Assembly (NCBI GenBank): GCA_905067555.1
Contig: CAJHIS010000002.1
Coordinates: forward strand, 3,900-67,899
DNA length: 64,000 bases
Reading direction: 5' to 3'
DNA from: Candidatus Argoarchaeum ethanivorans
GTDB taxonomy: Archaea > Halobacteriota > Methanosarcinia > Methanosarcinales > EX4572-44
Of the stretch, positions 19,255 to 29,602 are shown piece after piece (position 1 is the stretch's first letter; each line of letters opens with the position of its first letter). The translations under genes and the position numbers were made by a program. The notes under the pieces were generated by a model that had not been told where the DNA came from, searched no databases, and saw only the letters and a program-made list of their open reading frames with translations.

Positions 19255-20121
19255 TCAGACATTTGCCGGGCTAAAATCGTATAAATCTTTTTGGTCAAGT
19301 TCATGAATGAATCGATTGCAATCATCACTAAATGTTTTCCGGCTTTTCCAATGGTCAGTAATGAAAACACTCCACACATCTTCACTATTTTTCAGATAAT
19401 TTTTTAATTGTTTTCTTTTACATTGACGAAGGATTGTTCTTACTTTTTCAACCAGTGTATTTTGTAAATTCTTATCCAGATTATCCCAAATATCATCCAT
19501 TACTTCTTCCGTCAAATTCCGAACTTTAAATTTATTTCTTCCGGTTATTGAACGTGACATCAATGTAGTGAAAATAAACGGAGCAATTCTTTTTACTGGG
19601 CTACTATCTGTGAATTTTAGTATCAAAGGCGCTTTGGATTTTATTTCAACTGGTTTTGAAAACAACTCTTTTAAATTGGGGTCTCTGAATGGTCGTCCAT
19701 GAATCTGTTCAATCCCTCCATCCAAAATCACTTGTGGGTAATTGATTCCTTCCTTTGACAATCGCTCATTGAGATGCATTAAATTGTCCCGTCCGAATAT
19801 GCCAACATCCAATTCCAAACTTTCAGTAGGAATGTCTATACCTTTCTCAATTAAATGTCGTACTTGGATTGAGTCATACCTGCTTAAATTACTCCCGATT
19901 TTAAACTTTCCACTTTTACATTCTGCGAATAACCCCATGTTCTCAGACATGAAAAGAATATCCGGATTAATTGAATCAGGAACACCGATTATTGGTTCGA
20001 TTCTCGAAAGTTTATACCCTGCTTTAAAAAGATGGTTTGGGTATGATTCGAGATTATATGCAAGTCCTAATACTGCATTTATAATATCAAGATGGTCAAA
20101 AGACTGATCCGTGTTCGTCAA
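19255..20121 (-). CDS. Hypothetical protein with a putative N-terminal PD-(D/E)xK nuclease motif
   Basis: 288 aa with ...NPDILFMSENMGLFAECKSGKF... (D-x12-E-C-K) and a basic helical C-terminal half. I recognise no family. Its start overlaps the upstream ORF by 26 nt. Confidence 0.6.
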   Translation of the reverse strand: MTNTDQSFDHLDIINAVLGLAYNLESYPNHLFKAGYKLSRIEPIIGVPDSINPDILFMSENMGLFAECKSGKFKIGSNLSRYDSIQVRHLIEKGIDIPTESLELDVGIFGRDNLMHLNERLSKEGINYPQVILDGGIEQIHGRPFRDPNLKELFSKPVEIKSKAPLILKFTDSSPVKRIAPFIFTTLMSRSITGRNKFKVRNLTEEVMDDIWDNLDKNLQNTLVEKVRTILRQCKRKQLKNYLKNSEDVWSVFITDHWKSRKTFSDDCNRFIHELDQKDLYDFSPANV

Positions 20122-21190
20122 AGATCATCACTCCTGGATCTAAATAATGTTGAATATTTGTATATAATCTAAAAACCATATTTCCACAAGCATTTTCTGG
20201 TAGATATAACCGACCATATTTTTGCATCAAATCCATGCTAAATTTATCACCTGTATGAACGTCAACTCCGGCAATTCTTAAGAAATCATCAGTCTGATCA
20301 TGGATAACACCCCATAATTTGAAGGGGTGCGTCGAATTGATAATTTTTTCGGAGATACGGTGAATATCATAATTTTTAGAGAATTTTATTTCGAATGGGC
20401 TTCCACTCACAACTTGACCACATGCTGATTTCGTTAAAGACATCCTGTTATTTTCAATCTCTTTCATTTTAGTACTATAATCATCTATGATTCTGTCAAC
20501 AAAACGAATATGTTCTTCGATATCGGTTCCTTTATTCACCGTGATTTTACCATCGAAAAAAACCTCGTCTAAAAATTTGATTTTGTGATCGTCTATATTA
20601 AGCACCCTTGTGGAGGTTTTTGTTGAAGGATAATTGTTCTCCTGTAATAACTTGAAAAGATTTTTTGATGGTTTTGTCCCTCTTGACCATAATCTCATGG
20701 TTAAGCGGGAAATATCATCTTCCACTAATTCATCTTCGTCGAATATTTCTTGTTTGAATTTTATCGAGAAACCAACATTGGCTAACGTACTTTCAATGTT
20801 ATCTAGCATTTGATGAGGCATCCATAAACTATCAAGTAAAAGCAGGTTTGTGAATTTATCCACGAATTTACCAATCGTTTTACTGTTCTCCATATTGTAT
20901 AACTTCCAGAATCTATCAAAAAACGTGTCTAAATATAAAACAAATTTTTGACTGTTATTGCGCACAATTAGGCCAAATAAGAATTTATCGTCAGTTGGTT
21001 TTATCTCTATATGATATCCATCGAATGTTAATGGTATTTTGTCAATGTTGCAGTTTGATTCAATAATATTAGTTTTTACATTATACTCTGAATATTCTCC
21101 ATGTTCTTCCAATGATCGGAGATTTGCGTCAATGGTCCTTTCCATTTGCTTATGAAGTTCACCCCTGGATTTTATCATCTTCTTGACCAC
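20096..21190 (-). CDS. Hypothetical protein, no recognisable family (C-terminal RLYTNIQH resembles an Rx4-6H HEPN-type motif; weak)
   Basis: 364-aa ORF in AT-rich DNA and first gene of the island operon. There are no P-loop or helicase motifs. Confidence 0.55.
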   Translation of the reverse strand: MVKKMIKSRGELHKQMERTIDANLRSLEEHGEYSEYNVKTNIIESNCNIDKIPLTFDGYHIEIKPTDDKFLFGLIVRNNSQKFVLYLDTFFDRFWKLYNMENSKTIGKFVDKFTNLLLLDSLWMPHQMLDNIESTLANVGFSIKFKQEIFDEDELVEDDISRLTMRLWSRGTKPSKNLFKLLQENNYPSTKTSTRVLNIDDHKIKFLDEVFFDGKITVNKGTDIEEHIRFVDRIIDDYSTKMKEIENNRMSLTKSACGQVVSGSPFEIKFSKNYDIHRISEKIINSTHPFKLWGVIHDQTDDFLRIAGVDVHTGDKFSMDLMQKYGRLYLPENACGNMVFRLYTNIQHYLDPGVMIFDEHGSVF

Positions 21191-21420
21191 CTATTAAATT
21201 AAAATAACATTTTAAATATAAATATTCTTTATATTTACGATTTTATATGCCACAATCTTTCACTTCTTCCATCACGCACATTATACATAACATATATGTT
21301 TCACTTCTCGTTCATAATTATTCCCACCAATCTTCACATCATTCAAAAGTGTGTATAAAGACACATGGTTAATAAATTTAATTCAGTCTGGAATAGATTT
21401 TTAGATAGTCATGAGAATCC

Positions 21421-21921
21421 CTATAATATGGTTTTAATACCTGTTGTAACGATTGTAACGATGATTCCTGCAAGCAGTATCCCTGCTGTTATTGCCGGAA
21501 GCGAGTGTTTGAATTTTATTCCAAAAACAAATGCTGCTGCACACCCTGTCCATGCTCCTGTTACTGGTAAAGGGACAGCTACAAATAATGCAAGTGCGAG
21601 AGTGCCATATTTCTCAAACCGTTTGTTGTGAGTTCGGTGTGTGCGCGAAAACAACCAGTTGAAGAATTTATCCCACAGACGATACCTTCGCAGGTAGTTT
21701 GACACTGGCTCTAAAAACAGCAGCAGTGGTACGACTGGCAGGAAGTTTCCAATCACTGCAAGAACGTAAGCATTGAGCGGGCTGAAATGATATATTCCAA
21801 TTGCTACAGGTATCCCGCCGCGAAGTTCAGATATGGGAAGCATTGAGATAATGATTGTTGCAAGCCAGTGGGGCAGACTTGAGAATAGTTCGGTAAGTGC
21901 TGTAAGAATCTCAGCACTCAT
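21421..21921 (-). CDS. Small multidrug-export-like membrane protein (COG2426 / Sm_multidrug_ex family)
   Basis: 166 aa with LPISELRGGIPVAIG and 4-5 TM segments. It overlaps the rfcS stop by 4 nt. Confidence 0.65.
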   Translation of the reverse strand: MSAEILTALTELFSSLPHWLATIIISMLPISELRGGIPVAIGIYHFSPLNAYVLAVIGNFLPVVPLLLFLEPVSNYLRRYRLWDKFFNWLFSRTHRTHNKRFEKYGTLALALFVAVPLPVTGAWTGCAAAFVFGIKFKHSLPAITAGILLAGIIVTIVTTGIKTIL

Positions 21922-22904
21922 AAAGCCTCGTTTGTGATTGCAAAGTATGCAAGCAGCGCCTCCAGTTGTATTCGCTCATTTGCACCTTCTGTTAGTCGAA
22001 AGTCCACCTCTCCAATCTTATCAAATAACTTCAGTTTGAGCTTGTCAGGGAGGTTCACTTCAAACATGGCACGATGAAGCTGGATTAACACATCTTCACC
22101 AGAGAGGCCCTGTTCCAAGAGCAAGTTGTCGAGTTTTGAGCGAGCCGACAGGAAATTACCCTTTATGGAAACTGTGATAAGCTCTGCTATCTCTGCCGGA
22201 TGGGCTGTTGCTGTTATCTGGTATATCGTGTCCATATTTATCGTTTTATCTATCATCGCCGCTTCCTGAAGTGCATTGATCGCATGGCGCATGTCTCCAT
22301 GTGCTACATATTTTATTGCATCGAGTCCATCACTCGTTATGTTAAGCCCTTCCTGTTCTACAATGTATTGTATTCGCTCTTCCACTGCTTCATCAGATAT
22401 TGGTTTGAATCGGTATATTGCACAGCGGGATTGTATTGGCTCTATAATCTTGGAAGAATAGTTACAGGAGATGATAAAACGGCAGCTGCTGGTATATTTT
22501 TCCATGGTACGCCTCAGTGCAGACTGTGCGTCAGATGTCAGAGCATCGGCTTCATCAAGAAAGATAATCTTAAAATCAGCTTTGCCGAGCGGCACAGTGC
22601 GTGCAAAATTTTTAATCTTATATCGCACCACATCGATGCCGCGTTCATCACTGGCATTAAGCTCGATGAAGTTGCTTTGCCACTCTTCCCCGAACAACTC
22701 CCGTACGATAGAAATAGCAGATGCTGTTTTGCCGACACCCGGCGGTCCTGAAAACATGAGGTGGGGCAGGTTCCGCGATACCACATAAGAACGCAAGCGT
22801 TTAATGATCTCCTTCTGCCCTACGATATCTTCCAGTTTGTTTGGTCTATATTTTTCAATCCAGATAATTTCTTTCAACTTAATACCTCTTATGAGTAACA
22901 CCAA
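21918..22904 (-). CDS. rfcS: Replication factor C small subunit
   Basis: EKYRP, GPPGVGKT, FLDEADALT and SRC motifs. The true start may be TTG 22877, which is preceded by agaggt. Confidence 0.92.
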   Translation of the reverse strand: MVLLIRGIKLKEIIWIEKYRPNKLEDIVGQKEIIKRLRSYVVSRNLPHLMFSGPPGVGKTASAISIVRELFGEEWQSNFIELNASDERGIDVVRYKIKNFARTVPLGKADFKIIFLDEADALTSDAQSALRRTMEKYTSSCRFIISCNYSSKIIEPIQSRCAIYRFKPISDEAVEERIQYIVEQEGLNITSDGLDAIKYVAHGDMRHAINALQEAAMIDKTINMDTIYQITATAHPAEIAELITVSIKGNFLSARSKLDNLLLEQGLSGEDVLIQLHRAMFEVNLPDKLKLKLFDKIGEVDFRLTEGANERIQLEALLAYFAITNEAL

Positions 22905-23001
22905 CTCACAGATTATAAGAACTTCGATTGAATAATCTCATGGTTTTAGTGTCACCACCACCATAAAGGTTATTACCTTACCATCCGTTTTGTTTTGTTT
23001 A

Positions 23002-24114
23002 ATGAGTGTAATTGAAGATTATTTTAAAAAGGTGCAAGACCAGTTAAGCTTTGATGATTTTTTGAAGCGCGTCGAGGAGAAAAGAGAAGTCATGGCAGGT
23101 CTGTGCGATGATGATACTTTATGTAGCATGGTATTACAGGAGCTCGGTGTCGACTCGATAAAAAAAATTTCAGAGATAACAGTTGATTCCGGAAAGGTTA
23201 GTATAAAAGCAAAGGTATTATCTGTATCAGAGGTTAGAGAATTCTCACGTGACAAGGGAAATGCAGGGCATGTATCAAATCTTATTGTAGGAGATGAAAC
23301 TGGCAGCATCAGGACGGTATTGTGGGACGATGCAGCGGACTTAGTAAAAACCAAAGAAATACAGAAGGATAGCAACCTGAACATATTCGGCAGTGTGCGA
23401 AATGGACAGAATGGACTTGAAATACATGTTGGGCGTGGTGGCAGAATAGACCTGCTTGACCAGGACATTAGTGCACATGTAAACAAGTGTCAGGTGGCAG
23501 ACATTGGTGAAGGAACGGCAAGCGTCAATCTCACAGCAAAAATAATTGATGCAGGCAATCTCAGGTTCTTCAAACGCAGGGATGGAAGCGAAGGAAAGGT
23601 GAGAACTGTAACACTGGGTGATCAAACCGGTAAAATAAACCTCACACTCTGGGACGAATCTGCAGAGACAATGCTTGTGGAAGACGAGGTTATTGAAATA
23701 ACAAATGCTTACTCAAAAAAGAATAATTACACCAACAACATAGAGCTGCAGTTAAGCCGTGATAGCCTGATAAACAAGACTGAAGCTCCCATAGACTATA
23801 ATGAGAAAATAACACCCATCAATGACATTGAGTTAGACAACACTTACAGCATACAGGGCTTTGTGAGCGGTATTGGTGAAATCAGAGAATTCACACGCAG
23901 GGACGGCAAAACAGGGCAGGTTGCAAACATCCACGTTTCAGACGATACAGGACGTGTAAAAGCAACACTCTGGGGAGATCAGGCTAACATAATCGATGAA
24001 GTCGATATTGGAAGTGAAGTAACGATCACCGGTGCAATGGCAAAGACAGGGCTAAACGAAGAAATCGAACTTAACCTTGACTGGAATAGTAAAATCAAAA
24101 TACTGCGAAAATAA
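23002..24114 (+). CDS. rpa: RPA-type ssDNA-binding protein with three tandem OB folds and no zinc finger (Methanosarcina RPA1-like)
   Basis: Three repeats of the pattern V..REF.R.DG..G.V....VGD.TG.I..TLWD. I took the start at MSVIEDYF (23002), inside the track ORF 22990..24114. Confidence 0.8.
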   Translation: MSVIEDYFKKVQDQLSFDDFLKRVEEKREVMAGLCDDDTLCSMVLQELGVDSIKKISEITVDSGKVSIKAKVLSVSEVREFSRDKGNAGHVSNLIVGDETGSIRTVLWDDAADLVKTKEIQKDSNLNIFGSVRNGQNGLEIHVGRGGRIDLLDQDISAHVNKCQVADIGEGTASVNLTAKIIDAGNLRFFKRRDGSEGKVRTVTLGDQTGKINLTLWDESAETMLVEDEVIEITNAYSKKNNYTNNIELQLSRDSLINKTEAPIDYNEKITPINDIELDNTYSIQGFVSGIGEIREFTRRDGKTGQVANIHVSDDTGRVKATLWGDQANIIDEVDIGSEVTITGAMAKTGLNEEIELNLDWNSKIKILRK

Positions 24115-24116
24115 CT

Positions 24117-24155
24117 CTCGACTACGAAGTAGTCGAGCTACGTAAAGTAGTCGAG
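24117..24155. repeat. Hairpin repeats, type C (ctcgactac-gaa-gtagtcgag plus a partial second copy)
   Basis: A perfect 9-bp stem with a GAA loop at 24117-24137, then ctacgtaaagtagtcgag. It lies between the rpa stop and the next gene. Confidence 0.85.
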
Positions 24156-24165
24156 GAGTGATAAT

Positions 24166-25215
24166 ATGACATCAGAAGACGGACTTTCAATAATCATCAG
24201 GTACAAAACTGAGATTATAACAGTTACTGCTGTTTTTTTGCTGTTTTTGCTGTTTTTTTTTGTGCTCTCCCCACTTCTTGATGGTATCGTGCTTGGGATC
24301 GTATTTGCTTATGTTGCCCGCCCAATAAAGGCCGTCCTTAATCATCGTTTCAAAACTGGTTCTGCAATTATTGCTACTTCAGCAATTACAGTGCCTATTT
24401 TTTTGATTCTTGGTCTTGGTCTCATTGAAATTAGTAATAAAATCGTATGGGCAGTGCGTAATAAGGATGTGTTGATAACCGAACTCAATACACTCTCTTC
24501 AAGGCTGGACATTCCTGAAGTGATATATACTCAGATTCATTCTGTTTTTATAAATCTTTCAAATACTCTTATTCCTGCCCTGGCACAACTTCCTTTGTTT
24601 GACTATGCCAAGGTTATTGGTTTGACCACTGTTAATGTTGTGATTTCTGTCATAGTGTGTTTTTATCTCTTAAGAGACAGCGAAGAGGGTATAAATCGTT
24701 TTCTTGATCTGATACCATCAAACAGACTGGATATCACAAAAAAATTCCTTGCCGAACTTGATGGGATTCTTACTGCCATTTATATTGGTAATGCATATAC
24801 TGCAATCATTGTTGCTGTTGTATCGCTGTTTATATTTTTGTTCTTTGGTTTTTCAAGTGTGCTTGCACTGTCAGCTTTGATCTTTCTTGCAGCCCTCATA
24901 CCATTGTTTACTGGATGGATGATACTTCTGCCACTTGCGATTTATAAGTACCTTCTCGTGGGACCTGTCGAGGCAGTAATGTTTTTTATTGTTGCATCCA
25001 TCATTATCTATGGTCCCCCTGAACTTATTATTCGCCCCTACATTATTGGTAAGAAATCTGGCATTCATCCACTGTTAATCATTCTCACCTTTATCGGTGG
25101 TGGTTTTGTTGGGGGTATTTCAGGATTCTTCCTTGCCCCAATGCTTCTTGGTGCCCTCATTGCTGCATATCGCGTATATATACCCTGGAAAAAAGGTTAC
25201 ATACAGTCGGATTAA
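24166..25215 (+). CDS. AI-2E family transporter (PerM/UPF0118)
   Basis: 349 aa and polytopic, with a typical AI-2E topology and C-terminal region. Confidence 0.7.
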   Translation: MTSEDGLSIIIRYKTEIITVTAVFLLFLLFFFVLSPLLDGIVLGIVFAYVARPIKAVLNHRFKTGSAIIATSAITVPIFLILGLGLIEISNKIVWAVRNKDVLITELNTLSSRLDIPEVIYTQIHSVFINLSNTLIPALAQLPLFDYAKVIGLTTVNVVISVIVCFYLLRDSEEGINRFLDLIPSNRLDITKKFLAELDGILTAIYIGNAYTAIIVAVVSLFIFLFFGFSSVLALSALIFLAALIPLFTGWMILLPLAIYKYLLVGPVEAVMFFIVASIIIYGPPELIIRPYIIGKKSGIHPLLIILTFIGGGFVGGISGFFLAPMLLGALIAAYRVYIPWKKGYIQSD

Positions 25216-25258
25216 TCAGATACTTATTTCACTTTGCAGAGCATAAGATGGAGTTATC

Positions 25259-25864
25259 ATGCCAGAACTAATCGATACTTACTGTACAAACTGTAAGTAC
25301 GTTACTATTCACACAATACTCAAAGGAGCACCAAACCAAGTGGTACAATGTACAGAGTGCGGTAGCATTCATCCCATGACTGTCAAAAAAGAAAAAATGC
25401 ATGCAATTAAAGTGGTTGTAAGCGGCGTTGATAAAACAACACATTACACCATCTTAAAACCAGCAGACGAAGAGCTAAAAATAGGGGATGAATTTATCAT
25501 AAAAACAGGAAACGAGGGTGCGACCATCGTTCATGTAACTTCCATTGAATCTGAAGCTCGCAGATTGTCACGTGCTACTGTAAAAAACATCAAGACGGTC
25601 TGGACTCGAGATATAGAAGAGATTACCTTAAAGGTGGCAATCAATCTTGGACAGAAAACAAAATCCATCAAATATAAAGTACAAGGAGATAAAGAATTTA
25701 TCATTGGTTCAACAGAACATTACAAGACTGGTGCATACATAATAAAAAAAATAAAACTCCGGGACAGGGGTTTTGTGTTTAGAGAAGGTAAGAGAGTACT
25801 TGCAAAAGATATACAGCGCATCTTTGCTGAAGCCGGGAGGAGGAAAGATATGCAGCAAGATTAA
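25259..25864 (+). CDS. Conserved archaeal zinc-ribbon protein (HVO_0476-like; family call tentative)
   Basis: 201 aa with an N-terminal CTNC...CTEC zinc ribbon. Confidence 0.5.
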   Translation: MPELIDTYCTNCKYVTIHTILKGAPNQVVQCTECGSIHPMTVKKEKMHAIKVVVSGVDKTTHYTILKPADEELKIGDEFIIKTGNEGATIVHVTSIESEARRLSRATVKNIKTVWTRDIEEITLKVAINLGQKTKSIKYKVQGDKEFIIGSTEHYKTGAYIIKKIKLRDRGFVFREGKRVLAKDIQRIFAEAGRRKDMQQD

Positions 25865-25875
25865 CTGGAGACGTA

Positions 25876-26508
25876 ATGGAATTTAGCAGAAAAAGAACAC
25901 GACTTGTAGATGGACTTAAGTATCATGGCATAGATCGCCGTGTGCTTGATGCAATGGATAAAGTGCCGAGGCACATATTTGTGTCAGATTCACAAAAGGA
26001 ATATGCATACCAGGACACTCCTTTAAGCATTGGATCTGGGCAGACCATATCAGCACCGCACATGGTTGCAATCATGTGCAATCTTTTAGACCTTGAGGAA
26101 GGTATGCGTGTTCTTGAGATCGGAACAGGCTCGGGATATCATGTAGCAGTAATTGCAGAACTGGTTGGAAAAACAGGGCACGTGTATACAGTAGAGCGCA
26201 TCGAACAACTCGCACATTTCGCAAGAAATAATCTCAAAAAAACAGGATATGCTAATGTTACTGTAATAATCGAAGACGGTTCTCTTGGGCTTCCGGAATA
26301 TGCGCCCTATGATCGAATCAGTGTTGCTGCAGCAGCACCAGAAGTGCCACAGACGCTTATCGACCAGCTTACGGAGGGCGGAAAAATGGTAATACCAGTA
26401 GGTTCATTCCCGCAAGAACTATATCTTGTAACAAAAAATATTGAAATAACAATGGTAAAAAAAGGGGGCGTTTCCTTTGTACCTCTAAAAGGCAAATATG
26501 GATTTTAG
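25876..26508 (+). CDS. pcm: Protein-L-isoaspartate O-methyltransferase
   Basis: 210 aa with [10 protein letters not shown] and the SAM motif [10 protein letters not shown]. Confidence 0.9.
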   Translation: MEFSRKRTRLVDGLKYHGIDRRVLDAMDKVPRHIFVSDSQKEYAYQDTPLSIGSGQTISAPHMVAIMCNLLDLEEGMRVLEIGTGSGYHVAVIAELVGKTGHVYTVERIEQLAHFARNNLKKTGYANVTVIIEDGSLGLPEYAPYDRISVAAAAPEVPQTLIDQLTEGGKMVIPVGSFPQELYLVTKNIEITMVKKGGVSFVPLKGKYGF

Positions 26509-26638
26509 TTTCTCTTACCAGAGGTACACTGGAAAAATAAAGGGACATAAAAAATGTTAAATTGAACAACCAAAAATGCAGTCAAATCATTTGAAAGTTG
26601 TTCATTAAAATAAAAAATAAATGTTATAAAAATATTTA

Positions 26639-26658
26639 GAACATAAAATTTTATGTTC
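26639..26658. terminator. Perfect 20-bp AT-rich palindrome (gaacataaaattttatgttc) between convergent genes; possible bidirectional terminator
   Basis: Read directly from the sequence. It lies between the pcm 3' end and the 3' end of the small zinc-ribbon ORF. Confidence 0.4.
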
Positions 26659-26683
26659 CAGCAATTAAGTCTTAATGATTATA

Positions 26684-26854
26684 TCAATATCGTCTGAAGC
26701 TACCTCTGCCCCTTTTTTCAGCTTTTTTCTTGTCTCTGCACTCTTTGCAGCGTTTAGGTTCGTCAAATCCTTTCTCTTCAAAAAATTCTTGCTCTCCTGC
26801 TGTGAAAATGAACTCTTCACCACAATCCTGGCAATTTAATGTCTTATCTTCCAT
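26684..26854 (-). CDS. Small zinc-ribbon protein (56 aa; CxxC...CxxC, zf-trcl-like)
   Basis: Hand translation gives MEDKTLNCQDCGEEFIFTAGEQEFFEEKGFDEPKRCKECRDKKKAEKRGRGSFRRY. It falls below the apparent length cutoff of the ORF track. Confidence 0.6.
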   Translation of the reverse strand: MEDKTLNCQDCGEEFIFTAGEQEFFEEKGFDEPKRCKECRDKKKAEKRGRGSFRRY

Positions 26855-27350
26855 ATTTCAGTTCCTTTTTAATTTTTTATCAGTATTTTAACATCAGTCG
26901 TATTCACATGTATGATCGATAATCAAAAAGACTTCGAAGGATGCAAAAACACTCGACCGTTCAGTATTCTTCCAGGTTTGTCTGATGTTAACTTACTTCA
27001 CCCATATTAACTCATCACTACTTAATAAAGCTATCCTAACAGCATCTCCAAAGAATATGTCTATATGATTTTGCAGTTGTATTTCTACTTTCTTCATAGG
27101 ATATCTTATGGATATCCCTTGTATACAAAGATTATGATAAATCTGCTTGGGGTTCAATCGAATAAAAATGACTAATCTCAGATTAAAGAAGAATTGAAAG
27201 AAAATTTAAAAGTTTTTCAGAGATACTGCAAATGTCGAAAGTTTTTTATAGTCGTCAGACGTATGGCATATTTACGGCAGACATAGGTATGCTGTTGTGG
27301 TACCATTGTCGCTGTTGTATACCCATACAGTGGACATGTGAGTAAAACAA

Positions 27351-27584
27351 ATGCAAAGAGTAACAATTAGACTCCCAGAGCAACAATCAACAATGATCGA
27401 CTGGTTAGTTGGAAATGGTGAATTTTCGTCCGTAAGCGAAGCAATCAGGACGGCTATAAGAGATATGATCGATCAACGCACTGAAAAAATAAAAGGTAGG
27501 TTAAACCTCGTTGGAGAAATGCAAAAAACATCTCCAGAGAGTGCTATGACCTACCTAATAAACCAAACAAAAAGAGGTGAATAG
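27351..27584 (+). CDS. cdrS: Ribbon-helix-helix (CopG) regulator, CdrS-like, immediately upstream of ftsZ
   Basis: [40 protein letters not shown] is an RHH pattern. Its stop lies 2 nt before the ftsZ start, matching the cdrS-ftsZ2 arrangement known in Euryarchaeota. Confidence 0.7.
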   Translation: MQRVTIRLPEQQSTMIDWLVGNGEFSSVSEAIRTAIRDMIDQRTEKIKGRLNLVGEMQKTSPESAMTYLINQTKRGE

Positions 27585-27586
27585 GA

Positions 27587-28693
27587 ATGAAATCATTTAT
27601 AATTGAATCACAGAAATATGATAAAAAAGAGAAAATAGTGCGAACGCTTGCAGATGACGATCTTGCCAAACAGCCAATAATACCCCAGATAATCGTGGTG
27701 GGCTGTGGTGGCGGCGGAGGCAACACAATTAATAGACTACACACCATTGGTATCGCAGATGCTCAAACCATCGCTATAAATACCGACCGGGTGCATCTTG
27801 CAAATATAAAAGCTAACAAGCGGGTACTAATTGGAAAAAAGCTAACAAAAGGACTTGGAGCCGGCGGATACCCAGAAGTAGGACGCAAAGCTGCAGAGGC
27901 GGCAAAACATGAACTTGAACACATGTTAACCGGTGCAAACCTTGTGTTTATAACAGCAGGAATGGGTGGCGGCACAGGTACAGGCTCAGCACCTGTAGTA
28001 GCACAGATAGCCAAAGAACGGGGCGCAATAGTAGTGGGAATGGTCACAAGCCCATTTAATGTAGAGCGTGAACGAAGGATCAAAGCAGAAGAAGGGCTCG
28101 AAGAATTGCGAAAAATAGCAGATACTGTAATAGTACTGGAAAATGAACGATTGCTTAACTATGTGCCAAACCTGCCGATAGATCAAGCATTTTCAGTGAT
28201 GGATCAACTAATTGCTGTAACAGTAAAAAGCATATCAGAAACCATCACTCAACCATCACTAATTAACATCGATTACGCAGATGTACACGCCATAATGAAA
28301 GATGGTGGTGTAGCAGTCATGCTTGTAGGAGAAGCAAAAGGACAGGATAAAACCAATGAAGTCTTGCGGCAGGCACTCAACCATCCACTGCTCGATATAA
28401 ACTACTCTGGTGCAACAGGTTGCCTGCTTCACATGACTGGCGGTCCCGACATGTCTCTCCAGGAAGCAGAACAGATTGCAGATGCTCTTACTTATGAACT
28501 TGATCCACGAGCTAATGTTATATGGGGTGCAAGAGTCTCACCAGATTACGATGATAAAATACAGGTACTGGCAATAATGACTGGTATCACATCACCTATG
28601 GTGCTTGGCTCTACTGACAAAATCAAGTCAATACATTCAACTGGCATTATGTCGGAGCCTCTAATAGCTGATGCTTTGATAGATACAATTTAG
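27587..28693 (+). CDS. ftsZ: Cell division protein FtsZ (probably the FtsZ2 type)
   Basis: [13 protein letters not shown] and [15 protein letters not shown] tubulin signature motifs. Confidence 0.92.
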   Translation: MKSFIIESQKYDKKEKIVRTLADDDLAKQPIIPQIIVVGCGGGGGNTINRLHTIGIADAQTIAINTDRVHLANIKANKRVLIGKKLTKGLGAGGYPEVGRKAAEAAKHELEHMLTGANLVFITAGMGGGTGTGSAPVVAQIAKERGAIVVGMVTSPFNVERERRIKAEEGLEELRKIADTVIVLENERLLNYVPNLPIDQAFSVMDQLIAVTVKSISETITQPSLINIDYADVHAIMKDGGVAVMLVGEAKGQDKTNEVLRQALNHPLLDINYSGATGCLLHMTGGPDMSLQEAEQIADALTYELDPRANVIWGARVSPDYDDKIQVLAIMTGITSPMVLGSTDKIKSIHSTGIMSEPLIADALIDTI

Positions 28694-28765
28694 CTTTAGC
28701 TTGAAATACATACACCTGAACAAAATTAATTTTTTGTTGATGTGCTGAATTCAATACATATTTCC

Positions 28766-28874
28766 TGCACTTGATTGCTAACACACTCGATTGCTTGCAC
28801 AACTCGATTGCTTGCACAACTCGATTGCTTGCACAACTCGATTGCTTGCACAACTCGACTACTTCGTAGTCGAG
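28766..28874. repeat. Hairpin-repeat cluster with a 17-bp tandem array (ctcgattgcttgcacaa x4) ending in a type C hairpin
   Basis: Tandem copies start at 28786, 28803, 28820 and 28837, followed by ctcgactacttcgtagtcgag at 28854-28874. The leader tgcacttgattgctaacacactcgattgc is homologous to 12787-12818. Confidence 0.9.
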
Positions 28875-28997
28875 GGTTGCCGGTTAGTTTCACTCACGTT
28901 GTGTTACTCTGGATTGTCCCGACCGCGAGCTCTGCTGTATGGTATAGTAATTAAATCAAGTGCAGAAAATAACGAATCCTGACTACAAAACTCGTAC

Positions 28998-29600
28998 CTA
29001 AGCTCTTTTTTTTGATTCGCCGCAGATAACTCCAGTAGCAATTAAATGCGCTGCTCTTAGTGGTTCAGGGATGTTACTACGGGTAGAAGACATCTTTACG
29101 ATTTTTATCGCATCTTTCTTCTGCAATCCTGCACACTGGATATATATTGGCTTCCCTGGATCTCTGGTGAATACTTCAATAACTTCACCTGCACTCTGGA
29201 GCAACTTCCAGCGTTCCTCTATGCAAGATAAATTAGATAAAGCTTTTTTTATTTTTTTAAAATCAGGTTTTTTTCTCATTATCACAATAACCGGTATATT
29301 TGTTCCAGTGTACAGTTTTTTTATATTCAGGATGTTGAATCCTGCATACGTGATGCCGTCAAGAATTATAGCCCGGACCTGTTTATAATGACGGCTATTT
29401 ATAATCATATCAATCAGTTTTTCCGTGCCGTCCATACCATCTTTTGTGATTGTTGTGCGCATCACGCCATCCATCCAGTGGCTGCCTCTAAAAACAGTTC
29501 CGATGATAAGTACATCCTTTTTTACAAGTTTTGAGTCGTCTATTCCAAGTAGCCGTATTTCCGGTTTAATCGTGATTTTGCCGTAGGATTCTGTTACCAT
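28998..29600 (-). CDS. DUF99/UPF0215 family protein (endonuclease V-like fold)
   Basis: 200 aa with IRLLGIDDS... and GITYAGFN, typical of UPF0215. Confidence 0.65.
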   Translation of the reverse strand: MVTESYGKITIKPEIRLLGIDDSKLVKKDVLIIGTVFRGSHWMDGVMRTTITKDGMDGTEKLIDMIINSRHYKQVRAIILDGITYAGFNILNIKKLYTGTNIPVIVIMRKKPDFKKIKKALSNLSCIEERWKLLQSAGEVIEVFTRDPGKPIYIQCAGLQKKDAIKIVKMSSTRSNIPEPLRAAHLIATGVICGESKKRA

Positions 29601-29602
29601 AT

